Below the pieces are notes generated by a model that was not told where the DNA came from, did not search any database, and saw only the letters and a list, made by a program, of their open reading frames with translations. A stretch of DNA of 64,000 nt, taken from the human T2T-CHM13v2.0 reference genome, Homo sapiens. Below, piece after piece: positions 15,987-34,680 of this stretch (its first letter is position 1; every line of letters begins with the position of its first letter). The position numbers and the translations under genes were made by a program. The stretch lies in NCBI RefSeq assembly GCF_009914755.1, contig NC_060934.1; one strand, written 5' to 3'.

Positions 15987-16282
15987 GGCCAGGCACGGTG
16001 GCTCACACCTGTAATCCCAGCACTTTGGGAGGCCAAGGCAGGCAGATCACCTGAGGTCAGGAGTTTGAGACCAGCCTGGCCAACATGGTGAAACCCTGTC
16101 TCTACCAAAAATTCAAAAATTAGCTGGGTATGGTAGCACATTTCTGTAATCCCAGCTACTTGGGAAGCTGAGGCAGGAGAATTGCTTGAACCCCGGTCGG
16201 CAGAGGTTGCAGTGAGCCGAAATCATGCCACTGCACTCCAGCCTGGGCAACAGAGCGAGACTCCATCTCAAATAATAATAAG
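15987..16282 (+). mobile_element. Alu
   Basis: Full length; TSD AATAATAAAGAA-like. Confidence 0.95.
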
Positions 16283-16606
16283 AACAAGAAGAAATTATAA
16301 CCCATTAGAGAAAATAAGAATCCACAAGTCCACACAGATAATAAATTGATGAATGGATGGGTGGATGAGTGAAAAGCGAAGGTTCTTGATTACAGTAGAA
16401 CCAATATGCCAACTAATAAATGTAGGGGGAGTGCAGGAGTTTCAAAAACATCATTTTGCAACCATAGTAGTAAAGATTATTTAGGCAGGAATCATCACTG
16501 GATGCAAAATCTAGGGTGAGAGTTTGATGATGAGCTGGATTCTTGTATGGTCTTAAATGTCTCCCTACAGATTGCTTATTTGATGCAAAGGAAAAAACAA
16601 CAATGA

Positions 16607-17570
<964 letters not shown>

Positions 17571-17860
17571 ACTATAGTATGATACATGGCAAATTCCAAC
17601 AATACCTTACCAGGAGATCAAAATTAACATCCCCAGTGAGGGGCAGAAGAACATCGTGTAACTCAGATATGATACTTTGATAAGGACACACCTCATACGT
17701 TACCTTCCAGGAAGGAATGCATAACCTGAATCTAATCATAGGGAAATATCAGACAACCCCCTATTAATAAAACTGAGTGTGGGTGGAACTATAGTCTTCA
17801 AAAAGACAATGTCCTGAGACAAAGAAAGGCTGTAGCTACGTTTCAGATTAAAGGAGAATA

Positions 17861-18444
<584 letters not shown>

Positions 18445-18721
18445 TTATGTAAGATAGTATCTCTATCCTTAGGAAATTCACACTGAAGTATTTAGAGATA
18501 AAGTGCCACAATATGTATAATTTATTCTCAAATGGTTCAGAAAAATGTTTGTGTATGTGAGTGTGTGTGTTGAGGTCAGGATGGGCATAGGGAGTAAATG
18601 AAGCAAATGGGATAAAATGTTAACAAAAGGGGGATCTTGGTAAAGGACATATGGATGCTCTTTGTACCGTCCTTATTCTTGTAACTTTTCTGTAGTCTTG
18701 AATTTATTCCCAAACAAAATG

Positions 18722-18997
<276 letters not shown>

Positions 18998-19089
18998 CAT
19001 TATTTATATACATATATATAATTATAAAAGGAATTATAACCCACTGGAGAAAATAAAAATCCGTAATGCATACAGATAATAAATAAATA

Positions 19090-20335
<1,246 letters not shown>

Positions 20336-22691
20336 CAAATAAAATGTTTTCTTAAAAAAAAAAGAAAAGAAAAAACTCTCTCTATATATATATGTGTGTG
20401 TGTATATATGTGTGTGTGTGTATAAAACTATATACATATATATATGGTACAACAGATGCTGTTATGTTCTATGGAAGCAGGGTCAAAAATAAAGCAAATG
20501 CCAACAATAAGAGTAATGAAAGAAGACTTCTCCGGGAAAGTGATTTAAGGAAAGACTGAATAAGGTGAATGAGCAATCCATGGAGATATCTGGAAGACGA
20601 GCAGTCCATGTGCAGGAAATAATAAGCTCAAAGACAGGAACAAGCCTGGAGCATTCACCAGCAAGATGGCCAGTGGGGCAGGAGCTGAGGGAGTGAGGGA
20701 AAGTGGGGAAGATGAAGTCAGAGAAATAACAGAGAGTCTGAATGGGCAGCGCCTCGTGGGCATTTGAGAAGCACCAGGAGTAGGAGGGAAGGTCGTGAGG
20801 GCTTTGTGCGGAAGATGAACATGGCCTGACTTACGTTTTCAGCACTCTGATTGCTGTGTTGAAAACAGATGGAGGAGGCAAGCCGCAGAAGCAGGGGAGC
20901 AGTAACCGGCTGTTGTTATCATCCAGGCAAGAGCTGATGACTGGCTTGGGCCCAGGGTGGGAGTCGAGGAGTTTGCAGCAGTGCTTGGATCCTGGCTATA
21001 TTTTAAAGCATCTGCTGAGGGATAGGAAGTAAGGTATAGGAGGGATGTTTGAGGATGAGTCATGTTTTTTGGCCTGAACAGCAGCTACAGGATGGAATCG
21101 CCATTAACTGAAAAGGGAAAGCAGCAGCTTTTGGGGATACTGCTGAGTTTAGGAATTTAGTTTTGGATATATTTAAGTTTCAGGCACCCATGAGATATTT
21201 CAGTGGAGATGTAGAGCAGGCGGTTGTATATAGGAGTCTGGATTCCAGGGGAGAGTCCAGGCAAGAGATCAGCATATAGAGGACATTCAGACACAAGAGT
21301 GGATGAGGGCACCAGGAAGTAGGAAAAAAGGTGGAGGCCAAGGGTGGAGCCTGGGAAATGAGGAGGAACTAACAAAGGACACTGAGAAGGAGCAGGGAGA
21401 ACCTAGAGAGGGTGCATCTGCAAGCAGGTGAAGAAAGCCTCTGCAGGAGGCAGGAAAAGTCAAGTGTCCTAAATGCTGCTGAAAAGTCAAGGAAGTTGAG
21501 AACTGAAAGTCAAGCATGGGGTTTAATACTGGGAAGGTCATTGAGTGTCCTAAGAGAATGGTTTTGTTAAGGCAAGGGGTCAAAATCCTAAACAGAGTGG
21601 TTCAAGAGAGGATGAGAGGACCAGAACTGGAGATAGCCAGCATCGACAGCTTTTCTGAGGTGTTTTACCTTAAAGGGAATGAGAGAAATGAGGCAGGAGC
21701 TGGAGGAGGAGAAGGAACGAGAGAGGTTTTTCCTTAACTGAAAAAGAGGGGTGTAGACCTTCTCAGCAGGGTCATAGAAAGGCCGCTGTAATTGTATACA
21801 GGGCCCTTCATTGTTCTTAGGTAAATGGGGCACTATTGTTACTCTCCTTTATGGCCTGACCCTGCCCTGGGTTGACCTTACAATGCCCAGAGGATTAAAG
21901 CTTAACTTCCTACCTGTCACGTTTCTTTTTGCAGCTCTTCTGGAAAGCTTCTCTCTCTTCCTTGATTCCCCCTCTTTCCTTGGTCCCATCTGGGCTTTTT
22001 CTCCCATAATTTGCTAAGCATGCCCCCTTTACCACAGCCGCCTTCCTTGACTCCCAATGCCCTGTGTTAAGGACCCGCTCTTCAATTCTCTGGAAACTTT
22101 GCAAAAATACTAAAGTCTTGTTCACCTGTAATTGGACTCCCAAACTGAAGGTGACAAGGGCACCTCTAAATCCACAACCATTTTGTGAGTAGGAAGAATT
22201 TTATCATAGAAGAAGAGATTTCAGGCAATGGTATCAGTTGAGGGAGGGTGTAAGGTGATGATTCTCAGAGACAGAGAGGAAGGACAAACCCAAGATAATT
22301 TTCAAGGAAGAACCGACAGGTCTTGTCAACAGTCAGATGACAAAAATGTAGGTGTCGAAATTCTTAAATACAGCATACTCTTTGATCTAGCAATTCCACT
22401 CTAGGAATTTATCTGGAAAAAAAGTAGCCATTCAAAGTGTCAAGAGTATGGAAAAGGATGTTCATTATAGAATTCTCCATAATGGCAAAATATTGAAAAC
22501 ATCCCAAGTATCAATAATAGAGGGTTGCTAAATATACCATGTCATGTTCATACTACAGAATATCATGTAATCATTACAATGATGATGCAGACATGAGTAT
22601 ATGTTGTCAAGAAAGGACTTTTTAATCTAGTAAGTAAAAAAAGCAGTTTATACACATATCACCTATATATATGTTTGGCAGAGCACTTTAA

Positions 22692-23060
<369 letters not shown>

Positions 23061-23299
23061 TAATAACTTTGTTTTGTTTAATTTAAAAGGTGGAAACAAG
23101 TAATTTGCAGAGAGGTGATATTTGAAACAAAGGGAATAGATAAGATTGCGCAGCTAACAGATTACAGAGAGAAACTTGGAAACGTTCCTATTTAGGGAGT
23201 GAGAAGAAGGTGAGAAGCCAGGAAAGAACTCAAAGAAACTGAGGGAAGAGGCAGGAAGATCTCACAGAAACCTAAGAAAAAGATACAGAAAGGACTTGC

Positions 23300-23735
23300 T
23301 TACAAAACCCACCCCTGGTTGGCTACTTCAAAGCCACTCCCAGTCCTCTCTGCCTGGTCCACTTCCTCGAAGCAATTTCTTAGTAGTTAGGAGTAGCCCC
23401 ATGGTCACCTCTAGCCAATGAGATGCGGGGTGGGTTGGTGGGGGGTGCTTTTGGAAAAGATTTTTCTTCCCTGATGAGGGAAAACTTGCAAAGATAAAAC
23501 CTCTGTCCTGTGTTGTTGCTCCCTGCTTCCAACCTTCAAAAGCAGTTGTATGAGGATGTGGTGCTTGGAACTGCCATGGTAGCCAGATTGCCATTATGAG
23601 ACAAAGGCCAGGGGACATACTAACCCAGAGCCCTGTCTTCTTTTCCACGAGATAATGAGACACATCTGCGTCACATAAGCTGGCATTTATTCGGCCATAT
23701 GTTACTGCAGCTGGAGTAATTCTTAATTGACACAG
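23300..23735 (+). mobile_element. MaLR MLT1-type LTR
   Basis: tctagccaatgagatg...gttactgcagctggagtaattcttaattgacaca terminus. Confidence 0.65.
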
Positions 23736-24149
23736 AAAATAAGAGTGCAAATTTTTGTTCACTTTTAGCTTTGCAGATCTATAACACCACATATGGGAGC
23801 CACAGTGCAGGTGACAAAGGGTTCAGACTAGTGGTCAGGCAATACAGGTTCGAGGCCGGACCACACTTCTGAGAGGTTTGTGAGTGCTGGAGAATAAGAT
23901 GACATGAAATTGGCAGATTTCTTCTATGCCATTGCTGCTGTCTCGGCTCTGGCAGAAGACTGACCAAGGAGGGACATAGACCTTTAATGCAACTTTCAAT
24001 GTTCAAGCACGTAGTAGGTGCTCATCTAATGGTTATCACTATTATTCAATGAGGTTGCTTTTGAAGATGTTATAGTCTTTTGGTAAGCTTTAGGTGATCC
24101 AGAGGTATACTGGTCCACAGTCTTGTCCCAGCTCTGTGCCTTGCAGGCA

Positions 24150-24340
24150 GTAGAGTGTGATCAATGGAAAGGACCCTGGCTTTGGAGTCAGACTGAAGCC
24201 ATGTACTTGCACATATACCCTGGGGCTGAACTCCTTTGAGTCTCAGTTCCCTCACCTGTCAGTGGAGATAAGAATACCTTCCTCACCGAGGTGCTATTAA
24301 AAGATAACACATGGAAAGTGCTGGTATACAGTAGGCAATA
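24150..24340 (+). mobile_element. MIR
   Basis: ctggctttggagtcagac...ctcagttccctcacctgt. Confidence 0.75.
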
Positions 24341-24649
24341 GAATGACTGGGGAGCTCCAATGTGGACATTGCAGATTGCCTTCCAAACATCCTTTTTCTT
24401 CCTCCTTCCTAGAAGGATCTCACTTTGGTCCAGGCATCTTTCCCTCCTAGATGAAAAAACTCAAGACAGCCTATGTGGCATTTCTGAGGTCTCACAATGT
24501 ATGTAAGCCTAAGAGGCATTTGAACTCAGGTCTTCAGACTGCCAGCCCATTGTTCTTTCCAATACTTCTCCTTTTTTCAGGAATTAGTGCATGTATCCAA
24601 CACAACAAAATACCAGAACTTAGAAGTTCTAAACTGTAGTCCACTCCTC

Positions 24650-25170
<521 letters not shown>

Positions 25171-26418
25171 GCAGCTTCACATCATTTGAAAATAGTTCTG
25201 ACATTATGAATCTCCTGAAAGGGCTTGGAGATTCCAAAGTGACCATGAACCAAGCTTTGAGATCATCGATTTACATTATGCTACTATTGAAGATGATTTG
25301 ATCTCCCTTTTGCAGATTCGTCTGTTTGTCAGATATTACTTGAAAAACAAGTAAACCCTAGAGAGACTCTTAATCTACTCAATATTTTGCCCCTGACAAG
25401 GCTAGAGTGAGGGTCCTGGAAGACCAGTGCAGTTGTCCTCCGGGACAGACTTCATAGTGTCACACGGTCATTCAGAGCTTCTCATTATGGATTTTTGCAT
25501 CTATGGATTTATCTTAAATGTTCTATAATATTTTCAATCTGAACCACTTTGTTGGCTAATTTGTTCCAAAAATTACCTGTATCAAGTGATAAGTTCTTTG
25601 ATTTGTCCTAAAAGACCTGGTTAAGTGTTCCTGAGACAGATGTGGTTTCTATGTGCTAAGACTTGGAAAAATACTCCCACGTACAACTCATCCAAACATC
25701 CTCTGTGACTTCTGAGACATCAACTTTGTTCCCTTCCATTAGAGTCTGATATTTTTAGCATGAGATACGGTTGTGCTGTGCCCCCCTGGTCGCATTGGCC
25801 CCCTCCTCTGGGACTTCTCCTCTCACTGTATTCTTGTCAAGACCTTGGCTAGCAAAACTTCAGCACATAGCCTGCTTTCAACTACACTGAAGTTTATACT
25901 GGGACAGGACAATAGTGTTCCATTTTCAAAGTGTGTTACAATAACTCTCCAAGTCCAGTGGACCATTGAGCTGTTATCTGTCCAGTTTCCTTTTCCCCTT
26001 CTTAGAGCAGACACCCCTTCGCCCAGCCACTCCTCTCCCTCATTCTTTGAGGTTTTGGTTGAGCTGCCAATTCACCCACCTCGGCCTCCCAGAGTGCTGG
26101 AATTACAGGCGTGAGTCACCATGCCTGGCCAAAAGCCACAAAGGTTTTTACAAGTAAAGTTGCCTCTTTAGTCAAAGTGATTAGTCTAGGGAAGAGTAAA
26201 TATCCAGGCTGGGCCTGCCAGCATCTGGAGTTGTTTTCAGGGAAAGCCAAATAGGAAGGTCCTTTTGCCTTGAGAATTTGGAGTCAGAGAGCTGGAAGGA
26301 GGCTGGAGCAGCTTGCAGCCATGTTTCCCACTGCTGCATTCAGTAGGTGAAAATGTAGCCAAACAAAACGCCAAGAATAAGACAAATACTGATGAGAAAG
26401 TTTGAGTCTCTGGATTAA

Positions 26419-26762
<344 letters not shown>

Positions 26763-27489
26763 TAAGCTTCTACCATTTAATCATTGAAAGGGCCCTCCCA
26801 CAATTGACTCTTTGGGCCGTAATTATATTGGGAGAGATCTGCTCTCCGCAGGAGCATGTATTGAGATAAAATAACAGAGGGCTGAAGATGCAGTGAAGAT
26901 CTAGAAAGAGGATGAAGAAGGGGTTGGCCAGTCAAAAGCAGGTGAACCAAGGAGCAGCAATTCATGGAAGCGGACAATGTAGTAGTTTTAATTGGGTGGT
27001 GGGAAACACACTTCCATGGACTTGGTGGGAGTATAATTGGAATTTTTGGGAAGTCAATTTGGAAATCTCTTAAGGTTTGAAATGTTCCTGCTCTTTAAGC
27101 CAATAATTTTACTCAAAGCAGCATTGTTGTTGTAAAAAGCTGGCAATAACCTCAAATACCTGCATCATCAATAGACGATGGGTTAAGTAAGTTATGGAAA
27201 CATGTCCAAGTTCTACTAAAGGAAAGTAAAAGTGTATGAGACTACATAAAGCATTTTAGAGACGTGTGTGTTTAGTATGTGTAGAAAAGCAAGCTGGGAG
27301 GACCATATATAGGAGTGATCTCTGTGAGGAGTGTTATTATGGAGAACTTTCACTTTCTATGTTTGTATGAAACCAGCATAATTTGAAAGATTAGTTCGTT
27401 GTTTCTGCCACTGTAAGAAAATGGTTTCCCTTCTTTCATTGTTGGTAGAACATATTCTGAGTTCTAGGATCTCTGGCCTCAAGGGCTTA

Positions 27490-28170
27490 TTTATCCGTTT
27501 ATTTGATAAACAAAGGATTGAGTGCCACGTTAGACTCTCTTCTTGGTGCCAGGCATATATTAGCAAAACAGAGTCACTAACCCCATGGATTTTACAGGAT
27601 TGCTTGTGGAGACAAATTTCAGATGGTGATAAGTGTTATGGAGAAACAGAGGAGGAAGAGGGGGATGGAATGCAGGGGGTGGGGACAATAGGTTCCTAGA
27701 TGTATGTAAAGTAGTCACGAAAAGCCTCATTGAGAAGACAACAGGAAGACCTAAAGGAGGAAGAAAACCATGCAGCTCTTGGGGAAAGGGCCTTCCAGGC
27801 ACAGGGGATTGCAAACATGAAGACCCTGAACCTCAAATGTGCTTAATGAGTCTGAGGCCATAAAGAGGGCTGTGTGGCTGGAATGAAGGAGATGAATTCA
27901 GGGGTAAGGGGGAGGGGAGGAGCAGTATGTCTATGGACTTGCCATTGTACCACATTAGCGAGATGAGAAGCCACTAGAGGGTTTTGGACCAACGTTAAGA
28001 TGATCACTGTGGTTGCTCTGTCTAGACTAGAGGGGCAATAGCAGAAGCAGGGAGGCCAGTTAGACAGTTATTGCAATGATCCAGGTGAGAGAAAATGGCT
28101 TGGGCTATGATGGTAGAAATGGCTGGGTTCTAAATGTAGTTAGGAGGTAAGCTGATGGATTTGTTGGAGA
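27490..28170 (-). mobile_element. L2 fragment
   Basis: Antisense L2 phrases (gtgccaggca, gaagccactagagggtttt, gatcactgtggttgctctgtg). Confidence 0.7.
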
Positions 28171-28944
28171 CAAGGGTTCATAGGGCCTGTGATTCAGGAC
28201 CTAGTGTTAAGGACTGTCAGACCCTTGAAACAAGAGACTGTTAGGCCCCTCTCCCAGGGGAGGCCCAAGTACACTGAGTTACCCCAGAGGCAGCACTGCA
28301 AACTGGTGCTTTGAGTTGGAGGTGGAGGACAGAACCCAGGGAGAGAGGGTAGAGGCGTGAGCTTTCCTATTAGGGGACAGATCCATGCCTTGTGTGCAGC
28401 AGACCCCATCCCAGACTAAGATGGCAGTAGTTGTAGCCACGGGATGCCAGGGGAGACTGCATGCCTAGTGCCTCAACACATTTGGTTTGGAGGAGAAAAA
28501 GGACAGATTGCATTTTCGCCCACCCATACCAAGAGAGGACTCATAGCCAGATTAATTTGATTTAGAAAAACAAAGTGCTATGTCATTTCCCATACCCATG
28601 TTTTATAAAGCAAATCTAGACCCATTATACATATTTTATAATGTTTTACTTTTGTTTTTAAAGACATTTGTGCATCACTTTTGTTATCAGAACAAATACG
28701 AACATATTTTAGAAATAATGGCAAAATGGTCAACAGTAATCAATTAAGTCAGAGGGTCAGGAGTTAGGTTATTGAGAGAAAAGTAAGGTAAGAAGTGGTG
28801 TCTTCAAGGAGGCGGCAGAAGGCAGATGGTAAATGATTAAGGATGGAAAGGAGGGTATAAGAAATTGAAGCAGTGAATTTAAGCTTCATTTGAGAAGCTT
28901 GGCAAAGGGAGGAAAGAAACAATGAATGACGAGAACAAACATAT

Positions 28945-31900
28945 GCCACGCAATTCTGAATAAAGTTTATTAAATAATATGTACAGCAAATGTAGTAATT
29001 CAACACATCTATTTATCAAATCAATCCACTGCAATGAAGAAAAATAAATGAACAGAAAAATCTATGTCTGCATAGGACATGCTCTCAGTGTGTAATTTAA
29101 ATGGCAATACTTTAAATTAATTGGTTATATATAATGTCAGTTATTTTTCTTTCAGAATATAACCTTTTTTGTAGTAACCTATTCTAGCAATAGGACTTAA
29201 TACGACTGCAGATAAATAGGACTGCAAAAACCAAAAACCCAAAATAATGAAATTAAAAAGGAAAAAAAAACTGTAACTGAGATCAGAGTTACCTTTCCTC
29301 CCCAATAGAATACTTATCGTAAATTTTAACACTTTACAATGGCTATTTTTGTGCTAAAAATCTGTAGGTGAGTTATTTGGAATTCCTTCATTTAAATAAA
29401 AATGCAAAAAAACTTCATGACCTCCTTTACCCCCTTCCATTCAAATTTTTAAAATTATTTTTCTATACAAGGTAGGTACATGGGCTATACAAAGTTAAAT
29501 ATACATATTTACAGTCCCACTTCTTAAGCACATTATTTTTTTTTTCTTTTACTGATCCCAGAGAGACTGCAAAAGATAAGGAGTTTGGGGCTTGCCTTTA
29601 CCCGGAAGCATGGCTAATATATCAAAATGTGTTGCAAGGCATGCCGCCAGTTAGTTGCACTTGCTATTAATAAACCTGTATAAACATTTCAGCATAAAAA
29701 TAGGTACTTTATATTACTAAATGTCTGAAGACAAAAGAGCAATTGGAAATCTCTGTTTCTTGTTTCGTCATACATAGGAAGGCGACGTGATGCAAATTTT
29801 AACACAAGATTTTATTAAAGACGGGCAAATTGGTGAGGCATACCTGAATTTCTGGAGATATACAAATGCGTGAGGCTGGCATCATATGCAAATGTGGCTT
29901 TACAAATTGGTTTTATTTTCTAGCTGTATTTAAAGAGGTGTTCAAAATTCCCTACTAATCAAGAAGCACCCCTGAAAAAACTATGAGATAAGATAGTGTT
30001 ATTAATGGTTTGCATCTAAAGACCAGGAAACACATTAGCCAATACAGTCCACAATCGGTGAAATGCTGCCGTGCAAATTGCACGTGCATATGCATTTTTA
30101 CTATATTCCCTCAGAGACCGTAAAACAACAACAACAACAAAAAAAAAAAACAGTGCTCTTAGATGGTGGAGCAGACCTTCCAAAACAACAGGTCTTACTC
30201 TTACTGGGTTTTAAGGAAATTCAGGAAGTCTCCTTCTACCCAGAAAGCTCACCCCCTCCAGTTCCATAACCTTTTCCCTTGGGATTAAGGCCCTGCTCTG
30301 TCATACTTAAAAACAAATGTCTGTGGGAAGAGGTAACTCATTCCTATTATCAATCATTTACACCTTAGTGTGAATGAATTAGTGGCAGTTTCTTTCCTGA
30401 GAACAGGATTTGAAAGAACAATAGGGAGAAAGTGAGGGTACTGTGGCTGTCTGGTGGGGGATGGGAAGCTGATGGGATCCTAAGATGGGTATTTGTGACA
30501 GCAGCTGAGGCACAGGCATTGAAAACAAATTTTGCCTACCTGTAAAGACTCTAGACTTTGGGACAATGGTCCTGGGGTAATTCTGAGATATATGCAGACA
30601 GCCAGGGGTTCCGTACACAACCCTACCACCTAGAATTGCTACTCCTATTTGTGAGCTTGGATGTGTATCTGTGGGGGAAGATGAGAGTTTAGAGACTCTG
30701 GAAAATATTCCAAGTATTTCCAGCTATGAACTACCCTCAGACAAAGGTTCTTCCAGCACCCTAGTTGTTTAAAAGTGAGCTAATGGAGATGGCAATATGA
30801 CAATGCTTTCTAGGATCCCTCCAGGGAAAATTCATCTCTCCCTCCCTCACACCCTTCTTAGCACATATCACAGTCTCTCTTGATTAAGTTCATTTTCCTG
30901 TGTCAGTCTCCCCAATCACCTCTGAGTTTCTGGTGGGCAGGGAATGGGTCATTTCTGTATTTGTCTCACTCAGGATCTAAGAGAGGCCGATAAACATCCT
31001 TGAATTGGACAGAGTTGTGACCAAGCAGCCCGGGCGTCACAGGGGCCTCTCTCTTCTGATCTGGCCCCCACAAAGAACAGACGTCCTGGTTGCTGCTGGT
31101 AGTGGCAGAATTGCTGCTTCAGTCTGAAGAGAAGCCTTGCCAGGGTGTACTCAGATTCACAACCCTGGTTACTACCGTTTGTGTGATCCTTGAACTCCTA
31201 CAGGGAGTAGATCTGGAGCCACGGCAAACCCTGGGCATGTCTTGCTTATGGTTGTCCCCCCAGCAGCCAGAGTACATTGGTGTATGTTAAATGAATCACT
31301 GAACATCATTTTTGGTGTTCTATGAGAATAGGCCTCCCAATTCTAAACTGTCCCAGAAAAACACAAGCCAGAAAAGAAAACTTAGCAATAGTGCTCTGAT
31401 AAATGCAGCTGCACTGTCCTGAAGGTAACCATTTCTAAAAGCCAAGGATATGGGAAAAGAATGAACCACAAGTGGCCTCCAGAGCCACAGGGCTTCCTGA
31501 CTTCATCACTCAGAAAACAGACATAACCTATCTGCTTGGCCATCTGCTCCCCAATTCTCATGGGCAAACCTTGTGTGCGTTTCTCTCTGAACATCAGGGC
31601 AGTCAATGGCACTGCTGCACAGCAGGCTGAATGCATCAGGTGCCTCAGTTTTGCCTCTGTTTCCCCATCCACACCTCAGCAGGTTGAGTGAGGGATTTGG
31701 TCTTGGGCAGTGTGGGGGACTCCACCTTTGTCTAGGGACAGTCTTGGTAGCTCAGACTGACCTCCAGCAGCGTTACAGGATCAGCTGGCTCCAGGGGAGC
31801 TGAGAAATGTAGGCTGGGGGTCTTGTTGCATTCTTGGGCTTGAAGCCTTCAGGCTCAATGATTGAGATGGGAGCTCTCTAAGGCTGGGGCAGCAGGAGGC

Positions 31901-32228
31901 ATTTCTGGCTAACTCTGCTCCTGGACTATGCTTCAGGTCAGATTACCCAAGAAGTGGAGGGGAGGGGAAAGGCTGAAGTGGCTCCCAGAAGCGGCTAAGT
32001 AAATACAATTTGCTTCAATTCTTTTTGCTCAGCACACTAGTTCGGCCCTGTCTAATACACAGTAACCTTAGACAGGCTTGGGTTTTAAACACAACACTTC
32101 TCTGTCCCTGTCTTTTGCTTCTTACTTTATCCACTGTATTAATTTTCCTACTGACTCAACTAAAAAGATCGGTTCATGAATGATGCTTCCTCCTCCAATA
32201 AAAATAATCTCCATGGTTTTCAGTCTTC
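28945..32228 (-). other. SORBS1: SORBS1 3'UTR (~3.3 kb)
   Basis: Follows the TAA stop at 32231-32229; Alu-free, AU-rich distal part; ends after AATAAA with a GU-rich downstream element (TATGTTTGTTCTCGT); exact cleavage site inferred. Confidence 0.85.
28966..28971 (-). terminator. SORBS1: Distal polyadenylation signal AATAAA of SORBS1
   Basis: TTTATT on plus strand; upstream UGUA and downstream GU/U-rich tract on the minus strand. Confidence 0.85.
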
Positions 32229-32296
32229 TTATAGATACAAAGGTTTTACATAGTTGCCTGGAAAAGTACCAAACTGCTTTGTCCTTCTTGAAGTAC
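32229..32296 (-). CDS. SORBS1: SORBS1 last coding exon (end of third SH3)
   Basis: Acceptor TTTCATAG|GT; (G)TSRRTKQFGTFPGNYVKPLYL*; phase 1 matches the previous exon. Confidence 0.96.
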
Positions 32297-33340
32297 CTAT
32301 GAAAAAACACACACATACAAAACATGAGAAGACCCACTCGCTTGAGTTGAGACAGCACGCTGCAGAGATTTCTGCTCCAAAACCCCTTGTAACAGTCCTG
32401 CAGCTTAGAGAATACCGTATGGTTTCCAAAGTACTTTCCCCTATCTTATCTCACTTAGGCTGCCAAATAATGCTGGGCGGTAAGCAATGTAGGCATTTCT
32501 AGTACTCCTGTTTTTCAGAAGGAACCCAGGTTCAGAGAGTAGAAGTAACATGTCTGAGGTCCCACTGCTTAGTAACTATCAGAGGCAGAATCTGAACCGA
32601 GGTCTTCTGACTCCCAGTCCATTGCTCTTTCCAACACTTCTGCTTTGTGGAGGAGTTCATACATTTATCTGACACAAGAAGATACCTGAGATTTAGATTT
32701 TCTAAACCATGCAGTTTCTAAAAGCCCACTGACTATGGCCACCCATCAAAAGGAAATTCCTATCCAGCTTGTGCCTAAGCCCCCAGTTGAGTCCCTATCT
32801 TTGGTACTAACCTTGTTAGGGCTCCTGCTAAGCCAGGAGCATTGAGCCATCTGGGAACAAAGCCCTTCCTGGGCTGCTCCAGATGCAGCACTGCTGATCC
32901 TTAATCTAGTTCCTTCCCTTGGGATTCTCTCTCTAAAGCAGGAGTGGCAAATATATGTTGTATCATCATTATCGTTTCTTTAGCAGACATCCCAATTTGA
33001 TAACTGCACCCTTATCACAATTGGCTTAGATTTGGCTTCGGAATCCTGTTGTACACATCTCAAGCAGCCACTACCAATGGGTTGGAATTACTACCCAAAG
33101 TGAAACTTCTAAGCTAAAAAAATATGTTAAAGCTTAGGAAACCTAAAACATCTAGTTGAACTCCTATGGAGAATGGCCAAGAAGGTTAGAGAACTGAGAT
33201 GGTAGGGTCCAGAGATAATAAGAACCTTGCCTAGGGCCACATAGCTAGTTAGTATCTTTCCTTATGGATGAGAAAAATGAGTTCTGCTAAGGCTACTTTA
33301 TTTGTAGTTTGAAAATGCTACTTTTCAAAGTGACCGAGGA

Positions 33341-33649
<309 letters not shown>

Positions 33650-33802
33650 TCAGGGATGCAAGGAAGATACTCATCCCAAAATATTTCCTTTACCCAGCTG
33701 CCTGGCAGGCCTTCATTAGAGAACTGGTGCTCCTTCCCACACCTAAGTTCTCATAAAAAATATATATATTCCTGAACGAGTTTAACAGCTATTGCATACT
33801 AG

Positions 33803-34118
33803 TGCTGCACTCTCTAAAATGATAGCCACGTGTGACTACTGAGCACTTGAAATGTAGCTAGTCTGAAATGAGCTGTGCTGTAACTATAAAATACACATTG
33901 GGTTTCAAAGACAGTATGAAAAGATGTCTGTAAAATAAATCATTAACCATTTCTAATATTGATTACATGTTCAAATGGTAGCATTTTGAATGCACTGGGT
34001 TTACAAAATACATTAGAATTAATTTCACTGGTTTCTTTTTACTTCTTTTCAATGTGGCTTCTAGAAAATTTTAAATTTCACACATGGCTTACATTGCATT
34101 TCTATTGGATTGCACTGC
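33803..34118. mobile_element. hAT-Charlie MITE (MER33/MER3-like)
   Basis: tagccacgtgtgactactgagcacttgaaatgtagctagt...catggcttacatt...ctattgga. Confidence 0.75.
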
Positions 34119-34464
34119 ACCAGAGTGGTCACTGACTTCTCAGACCTGATTTCTACTGAACAGACGACTCAAAGTAGTGAGGGCCGTGGGCTTCTGAGGA
34201 CCTCGGGAGGATGGGGTAGTTCTCTAAGAGGCTGGTGAGGACAAGGCAAATCTTACTGACTTCTCATTCATGTTGAGGTCTTGCTGTCCTTACCACCCCA
34301 GCCCTGATATTACTTTGCTTTAGCAAAGCTTTGCCAGAAAAATCAGGGAAGGGCTGGTCTTTGGAAAGAAGGTGAAGGTAAAGCCACTTGTACAGGGAGA
34401 AACTGAGGCAGAGTGGGTCAATATCTCCCAACATTATATTCATGCCTGAGCAGAAAGAACACAG

Positions 34465-34680
34465 ATTTCAGGAGAGATGGGTGGCCTGAGTTCAAATCCT
34501 GGCCCCACTATTTGCTACCCTGGTGATCTTGGCATAGTTAATTAACTTCTTTGGGCCTCAGTTTTTGAATCTGATAAATGAGGATAATTCTTATCTTACA
34601 GGGCTGTTTGTTGAGAGAACGTCAATAAAAGCATATCAAACACAGTGTCTGCTTTGTAATAGAATCTCAATAAATGTTGA
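34465..34680 (+). mobile_element. MIR
   Basis: cctgagttcaaatcctggc...gggcctcagttt...ctcaataaatgtt. Confidence 0.75.

Noticed and set aside
25340-26070. Unique sequence between the 81-bp repeats, considered as a processed pseudogene with a long TSD
   Set aside because: No recognisable coding similarity or poly(A) tail; continuity of the MLT1 fragment shows the left repeat is the native site
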